A DNA stretch of 63,389 nucleotides, filler included, from Octopus bimaculoides (Eukaryota), in the NCBI RefSeq assembly GCF_001194135.2. It is 6 parts of 6 records of this genome, joined end to end, with 100 filler letters (N's around TTAATTAATTAA, not from the genome) between each part and the next. Parts side by side here need not be neighbours in the genome. Positions count along the whole stretch, not along the records: positions 1 to 30,070 come from NC_068990.1; positions 30,171 to 51,275 come from NC_068983.1; 4 more parts are not named here. One strand, 5' to 3'. This document shows, one piece after another, positions 26,809 to 40,345 of this stretch. Under the pieces are notes generated by a model, which made no database searches, was not told the origin of the DNA, and saw only the letters and a program-made list of their open reading frames with translations. The position numbers and the translations under genes were made by a program. Within the stretch, counting starts at the first letter, position 1. Each line of letters begins with the position of its first letter.

Positions 26809-27439
26809 CATATGCACATACATCCGCATGCGTACGCATATGCATGCCCAGGCTGGGTGTTCGTGTGTTCATTTATATGTATATTTGTGTCTCCATCGAT
26901 TCTCCAAAATATAATGAATATCAGAAGTAACTGTACACTATTCTTTAAAGCATTATAATGAGGGGTACTAAATCACCAGTGCCGCACGATTCATATTTAT
27001 AACTTAACATCTGGTAGCCTGAACATGTTTTGTATTAAATTATGTGAATTTTTCTTTACTTTAATATTTTAACAATATTCTTTTTTTCGTTCCAGCCATG
27101 ATGCTGCGGTCATACTGGAGCACCACAGTGAAGTATACTGTACCTAACATCAACGACCTCGAGATTAAGAGTTACAGGCTATATATATTTCAAGAGCAAT
27201 GCGTCTGTTTTAGTCTCATTTATTCTACTTCTATTCTGACTCCGTTGAGAATATTTCAACGATTTTTCTTTTCTTTACTTATTGCAATCGTTATTTAAAC
27301 CTCTAACAAATAGAGATTAAAGCAAAAACTCATCTTATAAAATTTCCCAGTTAGTAAAACGGATGCCGTCTACTTAGGTACTGATATTTTTATTCCTATG
27401 CTATATGCTATCAGCGTTATCTTACTTCAGCAACCAGAA

Positions 27440-27720
27440 CATGTTAGCGCTCAATTATTTACCAAGCATCCCTCATAAAATCAAGCTCATTGGAAGATAA
27501 CGACGCTACTAGCTTACTGTCGTTGTCAACTAACCTTCTCATGCTGGGTGGTTGATTTGATTTCCAGTTTGAGCACATTGATTTATCATTCTGCTTGTTG
27601 TATGGCCTGTAACTATTATTATCCATTCTCAGGGTTATGTTTAGAAAACAAGTGCCACTAATGGTAGTGCTCGCAGTATTACTAGGTCCGATTTTTAAAA
27701 ATCTATTCATCAAATTTTAA
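27440..27720 (-). mobile_element. Penelope-like retroelement ORF fragment (RT C-terminal region)
   Basis: FLNITLRMDNNSYRPYNKQNDKSMCSNWKSNQPPSMRRL...SLSSNE matches the PLE pattern FLDVTL...YKPY.KPN......SNHPP......LSSN. Confidence 0.75.
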
Positions 27721-28955
27721 AAAATATACATATAATTCCTGATCGTTTCAATTTCTCGAAAGACACCAGCTAGTGATTAGTTGTAATTTCTTTTCCAATA
27801 AATCTACAATATAAATAGTGTGAATGAAATTATATTGCCAAAGCACTCTAATTTCACTCACATTAGCAATATTCCAGACTATCGTATGTCAGATCCGTCA
27901 TCCCCGCTTTTCCGAACTCGTATTTTGTTATCGGCAAGCAAAACTCGTATTCCACATTCTCGCTCTGAAAACCATATTAATGTCTGACTTCCCAATATCA
28001 AATAATTTTTCGTAATTTCCATCTTTGTATCAATCTGCGTGAGAGTACTTATGTCTGAGTGTGTATGTGTGAGTGTGCGTATGTGTGTATGTTCACTGAA
28101 ACGGTTATATAAAACATTTAATTGACAGTTGAGTTGAGTTCTTCACAACTGTGTGAAAGACTCAACATGAAAGATGTCAAGAACTCAACTCAAATGTCAG
28201 GCAATACATTTTCAAATCTGATGATTACTACAAACGTATGAAAGTGGTTATTGAACTTTATTAACATTACTAAATATTTTTTCATGTTTTAACAAACTTC
28301 AAGATTGTAAAAAACTTTTTTTTAAATTCAATAATAGAAAAACGTGAAAACCGGACCATGTTGTAACTTTATTCANNNNNNNNNNNNNNNNNNNNNNNNN
28401 NNNNNNNNNNNNNNNNNNNNNNNNNNNNNNNNNNNNNNNNNNNNNNNNNNNNNNNNNNNNNNNNNNNNNNNNNNNNNNNNNNNNNNNNNNNNNNNNNNNN
28501 NNNNNNNNNNNNNNNNNNNNNNNNNNNNNNNNNNNNNNNNNNNNNNNNNNNNNNNNNNNNNNNNNNNNNNNNNNNNNNNNNNNNNNNNNNNNNNNNNNNN
28601 NNNNNNNNNNNNNNNNNNNNNNNNNNNNNNNNNNNNNNNNNNNNNNNNNNNNNNNNNNNNNNNNNNNNNNNNNNNNNNNNNNNNNNNNNNNNNNNNNNNN
28701 NNNNNNNNNNNNNNNNNNNNNNNNNNNNNNNNNNNNNNNNNNNNNNNNNNNNNNNNNNNNNNNNNNNNNNNNNNNNNNNNNNNNNNNNNNNNNNNNNNNN
28801 NNNNNNNNNNNNNNNNNNNNNNNNNNNNNNNNNNNNNNNNNNNNNNNNNNNNNNNNNNNNNNNNNNNNNNNNNNNNNNNNNNNNNNNNNNNNNNNNNNNN
28901 NNNNNNNNNNNNNNNNNNNNNNNNNNNNNNNNNNNNNNNNNNNNNNNNNNNNNNN

Positions 28956-29000
<45 letters not shown>

Positions 29001-30027
29001 ATATACATTTATGCTGAGATATGTATACACATACATGCAAAAAAAGCGCTCACGCATGCAGATGTGTAAGCTACAAAAAGATACATATCACTTCAAATAT
29101 TGGAAGACATGATAATGAAATTATATGGAAATAGTTTCCTTTTACACATACCAACATTACATAATCTAAGTCATATATCTGCTCATGTAATATTTTCTAC
29201 GTTTCCAATTCTTATAATATAAAATGTAATACATAAAAAAGAATCTCTAATCAAAATCAAGTCTTACATCTTACTCGATCACATTTGTGTTATGTTCAAT
29301 ATATTTTCTATTTATCTTCCAGTATAGCCATATTGATTACAGCTCAAGGATATAGACTGGAAATTAAAGACATTACATGTATGAGACTGATTTCTATCAC
29401 TTCGACGATCGAACGGAACAATTAACATTTCCTATACGTATATAATTATCCAGACAATTTTCCGAGCTACGAATAAATTACAAGGAATTTTCCAAAACGA
29501 CCATGTTAAATACTATATCTAACATGAGAATTCTTGTGAAATTAACTTCAGTAATTGCACACCTACACGCATACCTACATACGTACATATATACCTGAAT
29601 GTATACATACATACATAAATACATACATACATACATACATACACATACAACGAACAGTTGTGCCCAAATTACATTGCGGCTGCCTTTAAAGTAAAATTGG
29701 TAACTGCAGTTGCTAAAAATAACCAGGACTGACCGTGTGTAATCTATATATTAAGAATTCGAAAATTGTGATTAAATATGTCTCGCACCAGTAAGATACA
29801 TGTGATTAATCATATTCTCCGAGTATTTCTGTAAATAAATTAATATTTGCATAATATGCTGTCTTCTTATCACACTATTTATCTAAATGTCTATATCTAC
29901 ATCTTTATATCAATATACATAAAAATGTATGTGCATGTGAGCATGTTTGCGTGTTGTGTGTATGCATGTGTGTATATATATATATGCATACACACATGTT
30001 TATACATATATATGCACATATATATAT

Positions 30028-30068
<41 letters not shown>

Positions 30069-30070
30069 TA

Positions 30071-30170
30071 NNNNNNNNNNNNNNNNNNNNNNNNNNNNNN
30101 NNNNNNNNNNNNNNTTAATTAATTAANNNNNNNNNNNNNNNNNNNNNNNNNNNNNNNNNNNNNNNNNNNN
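30071..30170. other. Artificial contig linker 44N-TTAATTAATTAA-44N
   Basis: Identical 100-nt construct at five positions; the 12-mer gives stop codons in all six frames. Confidence 0.97.
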
Positions 30171-30478
30171 ATACAAAGACCTGGAAATAGAGATAACTCG
30201 AATGTGGAGTCTAAAAACAGAAACAATTCCTATCATAGTAGGTGCCTTAGGTATAATAAAAAAATATTCAGACAAATACATAACAAAAACACCAGGACTT
30301 ATAAATATATATAACATACAGAAAATTGCACTACTGGGTACTGCACACATTCTACGCAAAACACTTTCAATACAGTAAATATAAGAGCACTACAGCAAAC
30401 CACAGCATGTACCCAAGGCGCACAGAGCTGCGCTCGGTAGTGAAGTGAAAGCACGTTATAAAAATAAAACTACTGAAC
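30171..30478 (+). mobile_element. 3' end of Dong-like (R4 clade) LINE followed by (TAA)n
   Basis: YKDLEIEITRMWSLKTETIPIIVGALGIIKKYSDKYITKTPGL...IQKIALLGTAHILRKTLSIQ*, 3' UTR ending aaaactactgaac, then (TAA)n at 30479-30535. Confidence 0.92.
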
Positions 30479-30537
<59 letters not shown>

Positions 30538-30641
30538 AAATATAAATGAAAGAAAAGTATGGTTTAATGTAAGTCATCGCAGGAAACGGAAGTATTTTTC
30601 TTCATATACGGTGTGTGTTTGTGTGTGTTTGTGTATGAATG

Positions 30642-30676
<35 letters not shown>

Positions 30677-31250
30677 ATATCTATCTATCTATCAAAAACG
30701 TAAAATTAAAAGAGAACACAAAGGATTCCGCGGTACATGTGTTTCAAGCTTTATAGTCGTTGCATCATTATATTGGAATATAATTGATAGACAGGATGGT
30801 ATAAAGCTATCTTCAGCCGCAAATATATTCTTTCCTAAGTATTATATCACAAAGAAGTCACCAAGAAAAAAATAAAAGAGAGAGAAACATGAGAGAGAAA
30901 AAGTGGGAGTCCACTTGGTATTGTCCATTGTAACATCCATTGTAATATACATTGTAATATGTTTATCCTTTAAGTTGATACATTTACATAAAAGTTCATC
31001 GGTATTCCGAAATCTGTCCATATTGTGCCACAATTCTATATGCCTATATATATATATATATATATNNNNNNNNNNNNNNNNNNNNNNNNNNNNNNNNNNN
31101 NNNNNNNNNNNNNNNNNNNNNNNNNNNNNNNNNNNNNNNNNNNNNNNNNNNNNNNNNNNNNNNNNNNNNNNNNNNNNNNNNNNNNNNNNNNNNNNNNNNN
31201 NNNNNNNNNNNNNNNNNNNNNNNNNNNNNNNNNNNNNNNNNNNNNNNNNN

Positions 31251-31486
31251 CCGTGGACAGCAAATACTTTTTATGGGCAATTTGATTTTATATATGTTTT
31301 TTAATCGAAATCTTTTAATTGACAATAAACCTATTTGTTAAATACTGTTAAATAAATAAATGTAAAAATATATGTTATTTTAAGCAAATATTTATGTATA
31401 AATTTCATAAGCGTTTATAAGGGGGTCCCTGAGGTAAAGCCTGAAATATAAAGGGGTCCGCAAGTCAAAAAGTTTGAAAACCCCTG
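31251..31486. mobile_element. hAT (Charlie-like) MITE fragment
   Basis: Right end gtttgaaaacccctg is the reverse complement of a CAGGGGTTTTCAAAC-type hAT terminus, with ggggtcc subterminal motifs and a CTAG-containing flank; the left end is lost in a gap. Confidence 0.5.
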
Positions 31487-31669
31487 GACTAGAAGATCTG
31501 TGTACCAGAAGTACGAAACAGTAGATTTTTAATCACATATACATTCTCATCTTTGAGAATCTCCTATACACATGCACATTGTTGTTTCTCGGTTCCTCGC
31601 TTATGTATCAACAAATATAATGTCTATATAACCCACACACGGAAGCGTACGGTATTTAAATAACTTTAA

Positions 31670-31920
31670 GGCGTCGAGCTGGCAGAAACGTTAGCAAGCC
31701 GGGCGAAATGCCTAGCGGTATTTCGTCTGCCGTAACGTTCTGAGTTCAAATTCCGCCGAGGTCGATTTTGCCTCTCATCCTTTCGGGGTCGATAAATTAA
31801 GTACCAGTTACGCACTGCCCTTGTTTGTCCACTCTACGTTTAGCCCCTTGTGGGTAATAAATAACTAAGAAACGTTAGAATGCCGGGCGAAATGCCTGGC
31901 GGTATTTCGTCCGTCACTAA
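31670..31920 (+). mobile_element. tRNA-derived SINE family B plus a second partial head
   Basis: ggcgtcgagctggcagaaacgttagc...gagttcaaattccgccgaggtcg...catcctttcggggtcgataaattaagtaccag; the head is repeated at about 31868-31915. Confidence 0.88.
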
Positions 31921-32650
31921 AAGAGAACGAAAGGCAGTTGGTGACAAACGCATATTACAATGCAACGCTGTACCCCAAAGAGGAATAGACTAATGCAGTA
32001 AATATGCAATAAAATGGTCCATCCTCACGACACGTACCATACAAGCCCGATAGGCAACTGAAGAACATAACTCGCACCACACACACAAAACACTGGTACA
32101 AGAACAGACTCAGACCCAACACCACAACAGAACACGCTGACGCAATACAGTACGCTCCGAACGACGCCATCACGGTGACATCCTCAAACACTAGCACCAA
32201 CTCACTTGTATTCCAGCTGAAAGGACGTCTCCATCAACAGCTGTGACACGGGAGCCAGTGCGACGGGAAACATTTGTGTACGTGCGCACGTGTATGTGTG
32301 AGTGTGTGCTTGTGTGTGTGCGTGCGTGCGCGTGCTTGCGTGTGCGTGCCCATGCGTGCATTTATAATCTTGTTTTTCTGATGTTCCTTCGCAGATTTTA
32401 GTGTTGTTGCTGTGGTTGTTGATGTTGCTGCTGTGTAAGTAGCAAAGGACTTTTCTCCGAATAATATAAATAATAATGATAATAATAAAAGTTCATTTGT
32501 TTTACCCCTTTGGCTTCGCACAGTCCTTTTAAATATACAATTAAGTTGTTCTGTGCATTGACTATTCTTTCTGCTATTCCAAGTAGCTTAGTAGGAATCA
32601 ATTTCACAACTATCCAGGTATTTGTTACTCTAAAGGTGTTACCTGGTGAA

Positions 32651-32654
<4 letters not shown>

Positions 32655-32706
<52 letters not shown>

Positions 32707-32765
32707 TGAGAGAGAGAAAGAGAGAAAAGGAGAGAGGGAGAGGGAGAGAGAGAGAAAGAGAGAGA
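32655..32765. repeat. (GA)n microsatellite
   Basis: Directly visible. Confidence 0.95.
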
Positions 32766-33164
32766 ACGTTTGGCTTTAAGGATTTTCTTTTGGAAAGCGT
32801 TTTCCACATGAACTATTAGGTTTGGTTATTCCTTTTGGCCAAAGTTCATCTTCGTATCAATTGTGGATGATGTTAAATCAAAGCTGGTTAGCAGCAGAGA
32901 TATTTCTGAAATATATCTTGTTAACATAAACATCGACAACTTGTGAACATAGATGTTAACCTCTTCTCAACATGGATAGGTGCCGATATATTGTCAACAC
33001 AGTTATCGGCATGTTAACATTTTATTGACATTTTGCCAACATATATATTGAATCTTGCTAAACTATATATTGACGTCTTGTCAACATATATTGACGTCTT
33101 GCCAACATAAATATTAGCATCTGGTCAACATATACATTGACTGATATTTTGTGAATACAGAAAT

Positions 33165-33350
33165 TGGCTTCAAATTTTCGTACAAGGCCATTAATTTCGA
33201 AGGAGGGAGTAAGTTGATTGCATCGACCCCAGTATTGAACTGGTACTTATTTTATTGATTCGGAATTTGAACTGAGAGCGCAAAGACGGATGAAACGCAG
33301 CCAAGCATTTCGTCCGGCGTTTTAACGATTCTACCAGCTCACCGTCTTAT
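33165..33350 (-). mobile_element. SINE family B, internally deleted
   Basis: tcgaccccagtattgaactggtacttattttattg...gaatttgaactgagagcg...gcatttcgtccggcg...tctaccagctcaccg is the reverse complement of family B. Confidence 0.75.
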
Positions 33351-33374
33351 TGTCAACGTAATATTAACATCTTG

Positions 33375-33515
33375 TAAATTCCGCCGAGGTGGACTTTGCC
33401 TTTCATCCTTTCGGGGTCGATAAATTAAGTACCAGTTGCGTACTGGGGTCGATGTAATCGACTGGCCTCCCGCCCTAAAAATGTCGGGCCTTGTGCCCAG
33501 AGTAGAAAAAAATAA
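33375..33515 (+). mobile_element. SINE family B, 5'-truncated
   Basis: aaattccgccgaggtggactttgcctttcatcctttcggggtcgataaattaagtaccag...gggccttgtgcccagagtagaaaaa. Confidence 0.85.
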
Positions 33516-33776
33516 TAATAACTCGTGAACACAGATATTGGACATCCTGTCGACATTGATTTTGACATCTTGTCAACATAAATGTTAGCATCCTGTCGAC
33601 ATTGATTTTGACATCTTGTCAACATAAATGTTAGCAGCTTGTCGACACACATGTTGACATCTTGTCAACAAAGAAACTCTGAGTTACAGTGTTGTTTTTT
33701 GTTGATGTACTTCCCAACATTCTGGGGTTTTGACAACAAAATAAGCTTAACAAAGATATATACATTCACTTAAGCA

Positions 33777-33827
<51 letters not shown>

Positions 33828-33844
33828 NNNNNNNNNNNNNNNNN

Positions 33845-34227
33845 CTTTTACTCTTTTTCTTGTTTCAGTCATTTGACTGTGGCCATGCTGGAGCACCGCC
33901 TTTAGTCGAGCAAATCGACCCCAGGACTTATTCTTTGTAAGCCTAGTACTTATTCTATCGGTCTCTTTTGCCGAACCGCTAAGTTACGGGGACGTAAACA
34001 CACCAGCATCGGTTGTCAAGCGATGGTGGGGGGACAAACACAGACACACAAACACACACATACATATATGTATATATACATATATAGGACGGGCTTCTTT
34101 CAGTTTCCGTCTACCAAATCCACTCACAAGGCTTTGGTCGGCCCGAGGCTATAGTAGAAGACACTTGCCTGAGTTGCCACACAGTGGGATTGAATCCGGA
34201 ACCATGTGGTTTGTAAGCAAGCTACTT
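33845..34227 (-). mobile_element. tRNA-derived SINE family A (near full length, internal (TA/CA)n tract)
   Basis: Minus strand reads gcttgcttacaaaccacatggttccggattcaatcccactgtg (B-box-like) ... gtgagtggatttggtagacggaaactgaaagaagccc ... ctccagcatggccacagtcaaatgactgaaac. Confidence 0.88.
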
Positions 34228-34652
34228 TATTTCATAAATATTTGCCATAAAGGCATTACAAAGAGGGGACGAACAAGGACAGACAAACATAAAAGGGGTG
34301 AAGAAGCTGCATCGATTAAATATTTGCAATTTTAAATATACAATAATAATTTGATTATATTTACAATGTTCGATTAAAGCATTGCTCATTACAGATGCAA
34401 TTGGTAATGGCTTTCCTGAAGGATAGGCATCCGACCACCAAGGTAGACCCCTTGCCTTTTCTTTCCTTTGTTTTTTACTTCCACTTACCTGGTGCCAAAC
34501 ACTCCCAGCTTCCATCTTCTCATGAATCTGTCTCGTGACACACTCAGTCCTTTTGTTTTTTTGATTTCTTATTAGTGTTACTTAATACGTTTTGTCAAAA
34601 CTGCTGTTTCTTTTCAGATATAATCAGGAAAAGATAATTAAAATTCATAAAA

Positions 34653-35735
34653 ATGACTGACCTATCGGACTTTCAAAGAGATCAAATTGTTGGTGCTCAA
34701 ATTTGGTGCTCAAATTGTTGGTCAAATGGCAGGCGCTAGCGTAACGAAAACAGCCGAAATGTTTGGTGTATCAAGAAGTACTGTCTCGAAAGTAATGACA
34801 GCCTTTGAAAAAGAAGGAAAAACCTCCTCGTCGAAACAAAACTCCGGAAGAAAATCAAAACTTTCTGATAGGGACTGTCGGACTCTTACGCGAATTGTTA
34901 GAAAGGATCACAAAAGTACACCTCCAAAAATTACTGCAGAGCTTAATGACCACCTCGAGAACATAGTTTCCACAAAAACTATTCGCCGGGAGCTGCACAA
35001 AGCCGGATTTCACTGGAGGACTGCAATCAGAAAACCACTACTTTCAAAAACAAACGTTGCAAAGCGTTTAGAGTGGAGTAAAACCTACAGAATTGGTCCC
35101 TGGAGGAGTGGAAGAATGTTATTTTCTCGGACGAGTCATCCTTTACCTTATTTCCGACCACCGGCTGAGTATACGTGTGGAGACAGCCAAAAGAAGCATT
35201 TGATTCAGACTGCCTTCTTCCAACTGTTAAACATGAAGGATGATCTGTGATGATCTAGGGGGTTATATCTTGGAAATCCGCCGGCGCAATGGTTTTCCTT
35301 CATGGCAGAATTAATAGTCAAGACTATTTAAGCATTTTATCTGATCAAATTCATCCTATGGTTGCGGAACTGTTTCTGGAGGGAAACGCAATCTTTCAGG
35401 ATGCTAATGCACCAATTCACACAACTAAAGTTGTTACTGAATGGCACGTGAAAGATTCTAATGAAGTTGAACATCTTATCTGGCCACCTCAGTCCTCAGA
35501 TCTCAATATTATTGAAAAACAAGTAAGGAGTCGATATCCCCCACCATCATCACTACAAGAACTGGATATTGTTTTAGCTGAAGAATGGGACAAAAATTCC
35601 TTTAGAAACAATTCAAACTTAGTACGAGTCCATACCTCATAGAATTCAAGCTGCAGTTACTGCCAAAGACAGTCCTGCCCCATATTAAAATAAAATTTGT
35701 TTAAGGTGTTTCCATTATTTTGTCTAACCTCTGTA
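34653..35735 (+). pseudogene. Inactivated Tc1-family (DD34E) transposase with intact 3' TIR and TA target site
   Basis: MTDLSDFQRDQIVG...paired-like HTH...RKPLLS...FSDES...FQDANAP...WPPQSSDLNIIE, with frameshifts, stops and a deleted HLW segment. Right TIR aggtgtttccattattttgtctaacctctg|ta at 35704-35735; no left TIR is visible. Confidence 0.93.
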
Positions 35736-37539
35736 TATATGCATACATGTTTATAAGTGCTCTCTCGCATGCATACGGAAAAATATATAGTTACTCATGT
35801 ACATACATCGCACGGGATCAAGCGATCTTATTGCGTAGCAAAGTGAGTCATAGTGTTTGGGAAGAGATGAGTAGTATTTGTGATAGCGTTGTTGTTTTTT
35901 AGGTTTAGATCAATGTTCACTGCGCAGAATTCTCTATAAAATACAATCCATTTGTAACACTTCTGTCTTTCTATATTACTCAGGACTACACCGTCCGATT
36001 AGCCATTCCTTTGTTGAGCCGATAGAGTGCCATTTGAGAGATATTTGGCTATTATTTCTTCCAGATTGTATGAATGTTTGGTGGCCGTCTGTGTTGTTTT
36101 ATGGGTGCGGATTTGTTATCCGAACTATATCGGTTATATACTCAATATATCGGAGTCTATACGTGGTGGCTCGGCCTGCTGGAAATAGCAGCCAAATCTT
36201 CCTCAAACCATACTCTAATATTGTAGAAAGAACACATTGTATAGTGCAATCCAAAATACTGCATTCTTATAAGGATAAAGGGAAAGGGAGAGATGGCTGG
36301 AATGTCTTTGAGCCCCCAAAATTATAACTGCGATTATCCAGGATAATGGTGTTGTGGCAATTATTTATTACCAAGAAAAGCTAACAGAAAAAAAGAGGTT
36401 TAATTTGCCATGTAAGGGTCCAAGGTAACTCTTACATAATATAATTCTACATAAAATATGCTAATGAAGATCTTTTCGTTTGAAACATTCGTAAACATGA
36501 AACTAAAAATTACGAAAACCATGCTTATGTTTGGCGTATTCTTCAGCAAAGACTCCTTCTATAACATAGTTTTGACACTTGATATAGATGGGTTCAAAGT
36601 TGAAGCCATTGGTTATATTAGCTTCTTTGCAATAAAGCCCTTCTACAGACAGTGAAATACAATACAACTGTAACTGATGGAGCGAAGCAGAACAATAATG
36701 GAGCCAGAGGTGAACTTTTTGCAGAAACGTTTCGACTGTATTTCAAAAATTGACATTTCGCCATATTAATTCCTCTCAGTCAAAATAAGAAAGGAATCGA
36801 ATAAGTTACCGAAGTCAATCTATGATATCAGATCCATAAATATCTGGAATAGAATTGATTTCTTGCAGATTCCACTTTGCCTCCTTCATGTAAAAAAAAA
36901 AAAAAAAAAANNNNNNNNNNAAAAAAAAAAAAAAAAAAAGCTTGGATATTCAATAGAAGTGCACGCGCACATATACAAAAAGACTCTCACGCACACACAT
37001 GAAAACACAGACACAAACACACGTAGACATACAACGCACAAACGGGAACATGACTCGCACACAGACATAAAAATATACATATACAATCAAACCGCAGCAT
37101 ATTTGTGTATGCACGCACGCCTGTATACATACATACACACGTATATATATATATATATTCTTTCTCTCCTCATTTATATATTCCTCACCTACTGTGCCCT
37201 CTGTACTTTCTGATTGAATCTTTGCGTCAACATGTACCTCCTTGTGACAATGTAGCCTTTTAATCTAATCAAGGCATCTCTGGTCTGAAGAGCAGCCAGC
37301 GGTTTACATACACCTCTCTCGGATTTTACCACTTCTGAGGTTCCACTCGCTACGAAACATATGCAGCCCAGATTTCCATTATTCTATTCCGTAATTCTAG
37401 TTCATATATCTACAAGTGTTTTTTCATTCTCTCTCTGTTTATTTTCTCTCATTCCTTTCTGTTGAAGATCGAAATGTAAAAGACTTTTTCATTTTCCTAC
37501 ATGTAAGCATTAGCTTAAACAGCCCTTTGGACAGAATAA

Positions 37540-37577
<38 letters not shown>

Positions 37578-37578
<1 letters not shown>

Positions 37579-37740
37579 CGACGAAATTCTTTCAGTTTCC
37601 GTCTACCAAATCCACTTACAAGGCTTTCATCGGCCCGGGGCTATAGCAGAAGACACATGCCCAAGGTGCAACGCAGCGGGACAAAACCCGGAACTATGTG
37701 GTTGGAAAGCAAGCTTCTTACCACACAGCTACGCCTGCAC
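37578..37740 (-). mobile_element. 5' half of SINE family A
   Basis: ctttcagtttccgtctaccaaatccac...cccaaggtgcaacgcagcgggacaaaacccggaactatgtggttggaaagcaagcttcttaccacacagc. Confidence 0.85.
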
Positions 37741-38672
37741 CNNNNNNNNNNNNNNNNNNNNNNNNNNNNNNNNNNNNNNNNNNNNNNNNNNNNNNNNNNN
37801 NNNNNNNNNNNNNNNNNNNNNNNNNNNNNNNNNNNNNNNNNNNNNNNNNNNNNNNNNNNNNNNNNNNNNNNNNNNNNNNNNNNNNNNNNNNNNNNNNNNN
37901 NNNNNNNNNNNNNNNNNNNNNNNNNNNNNNNNNNNNNNNNNNNNNNNNNNNNNNNNNNNNNNNNNNNNNNNNNNNNNNNNNNNNNNNNNNNNNNNNNNNN
38001 NNNNNNNNNNNNNNNNNNNNNNNNNNNNNNNNNNNNNNNNNNNNNNNNNNNNNNNNNNNNNNNNNNNNNNNNNNNNTATATATATATGGTTTAAGTGAAT
38101 TCATATTTATCACTTATAATCCATGTGATAAATAAATCAGTTTTAGAGCGTTTTGGCGTTTTCTTCTAGCATGTGGCATTAGTTGGTAGTTGTCTTTATT
38201 ATAATTCTATAATGATATTTATAAAACTAGATACTTTGTATTGATTTTTACCTTAATTGGTTTTTACATGCTAGCTACTTGATAAAATCCTATAGAGATT
38301 TCGTCCTTGATTATAACTGATAAATATGAATTCACTTAAATCAAATTTATTCACTGCTGAATTATTTTGGTTATTCACATGTGACTGAGATGAGCGAACT
38401 AGATGTTAAAATTTTATATAAGTGTGAACATGTCTATATGCACTGTAGATACGTTGTGTTCGTATGGTATACATAAATGTTTATAATTATGTACTTTTGG
38501 TTATGTCATACTGATAATGGTAAAATGGTATTACGTCACTAAACCAGAAATCGATCCATGGCTAAACTTTTTCAAAATATCTATTTTGTTTATTCCTTCG
38601 CTTTCAACCCGTGTCAATGTGATAAATAGTTGGCCTTATTATAATTTAATAACTGTATTTATAAAATTATAT

Positions 38673-38796
<124 letters not shown>

Positions 38797-39304
38797 TGTG
38801 TGTGTTGTGTATGTATGTATATATATATACACAACAAACACGCATGTATATACATACACATAAATGATGCTGAAATGCAATATAATTCTGTAAGGAGACT
38901 AATTTACATGAATCAATTTCGCAACTTTATCATTTAAAAAAACACTCTGAGATGTTGGTGGGAGCATGGAGCTGTGTCACAATTGTTTCCCCACTAAAAA
39001 TGTTGCCTCTCGGCCTTTCATCCCACACTACTCTTGGAAATTGCGAAATTGTGAAAACGATTAAGTTAATGTAAATAAAAAGTATATATTGTTAATCTGA
39101 GCAGAGGAACATAGATTTTTAATATGAACTCAAAGGACGGACACAAAAGCACACGCAAGTGTTTAGAGTTAATTTTGACCAACCGCTTACTTGGCAATAA
39201 GATTGTGAAGGAAAGTATCTTGTTTTGTTATTAATCGTTTAAATCTGAAGAAGGTCTTGCAGAATTTTATTGTCCTAGATATCGTGGTCATTTGGAGCAT
39301 ATGA

Positions 39305-39350
<46 letters not shown>

Positions 39351-40178
39351 TATGTGGACTAAGATCCCCATTGACAGGCCGCTGGCATTTATAGAGTGTT
39401 AGATACTTTCGGTATGCAAATTAAGGACCCCTTCATAGAGTAACTGCTGCATTTGTTGAGTATATAATCACTTTGGCTCCTTGGTTTTCTAGAGACTGTC
39501 AGAAGGATGTAGACACCTGTGATGAGAACTCAATAAGGTTCGAAAATCGATTAAGGTTGTTCATTATTTTTTTTCCACATCATGGAGAAATGGCTAAAAT
39601 TTGCCCTGTTTATAATTATACCGTTTGCTACAAATCTATCTATCTATCTGTCTGTCTATCAACCTATCTTCTCTCTTCGTTTTTATATGAGTGCATGTAC
39701 ACACACACACATGATATCCTAGAGTAACAGTGGCATTAATTGAACGTTCATTAATGAATCTGAAACTGTAGAAGTTTGAAATAATTAGAATCCAACCCAA
39801 ACACCTGATTTTACTTACAACTACCATGAAAAACATTCTTTAGTCCATGCATCACTTTTACATCCACACACACACATCTACATATGCATCTACATATATA
39901 TGCATCTACATATACACAACATATACACATATCTGCACATAAAACACGGTCGTTATACATATATAAAATAGATGCTTGTGTGCATGTGGTTGCATGCAGG
40001 TAAGAATATAAAACATTGCGATAGAAACAAGGAGGGAGGTAGAGAGAGAGAGAGAGAGATAGAGAGGGGGGGCGGAGAGAAAAAGAGAAACTGAGGAGGA
40101 AAGGAGAGAGGAAGTGTTTGCTACAAAATGAGAACTAAGTGAAAATACAGACATTTTCACGTGAAGTTTCCACCCCGA

Positions 40179-40221
<43 letters not shown>

Positions 40222-40283
40222 TATACATATATATACACACATACACACACACACATATATATATANNNNNNNNNNATATATAT

Positions 40284-40345
<62 letters not shown>

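Larger units (their letters stand above)
32920..33670. repeat. Degenerate minisatellite built from the palindrome TTGACA-TCT-TGTCAA, interrupted by two SINE B pieces
   Basis: Exact 46-bp unit repeated at 33543-33588 and 33589-33634; more degenerate units at 32920-33150. Confidence 0.75.

Noticed and set aside
33530-33670. Palindromic repeats superficially like a CRISPR array
   Set aside because: Eukaryotic context, units repeat in full with no unique spacers, no cas genes; treated as a minisatellite.
39473-39727. ORF with RDCQKDVDTC resembling an EGF-domain junction
   Set aside because: The remaining cysteine spacing of an EGF domain is absent.
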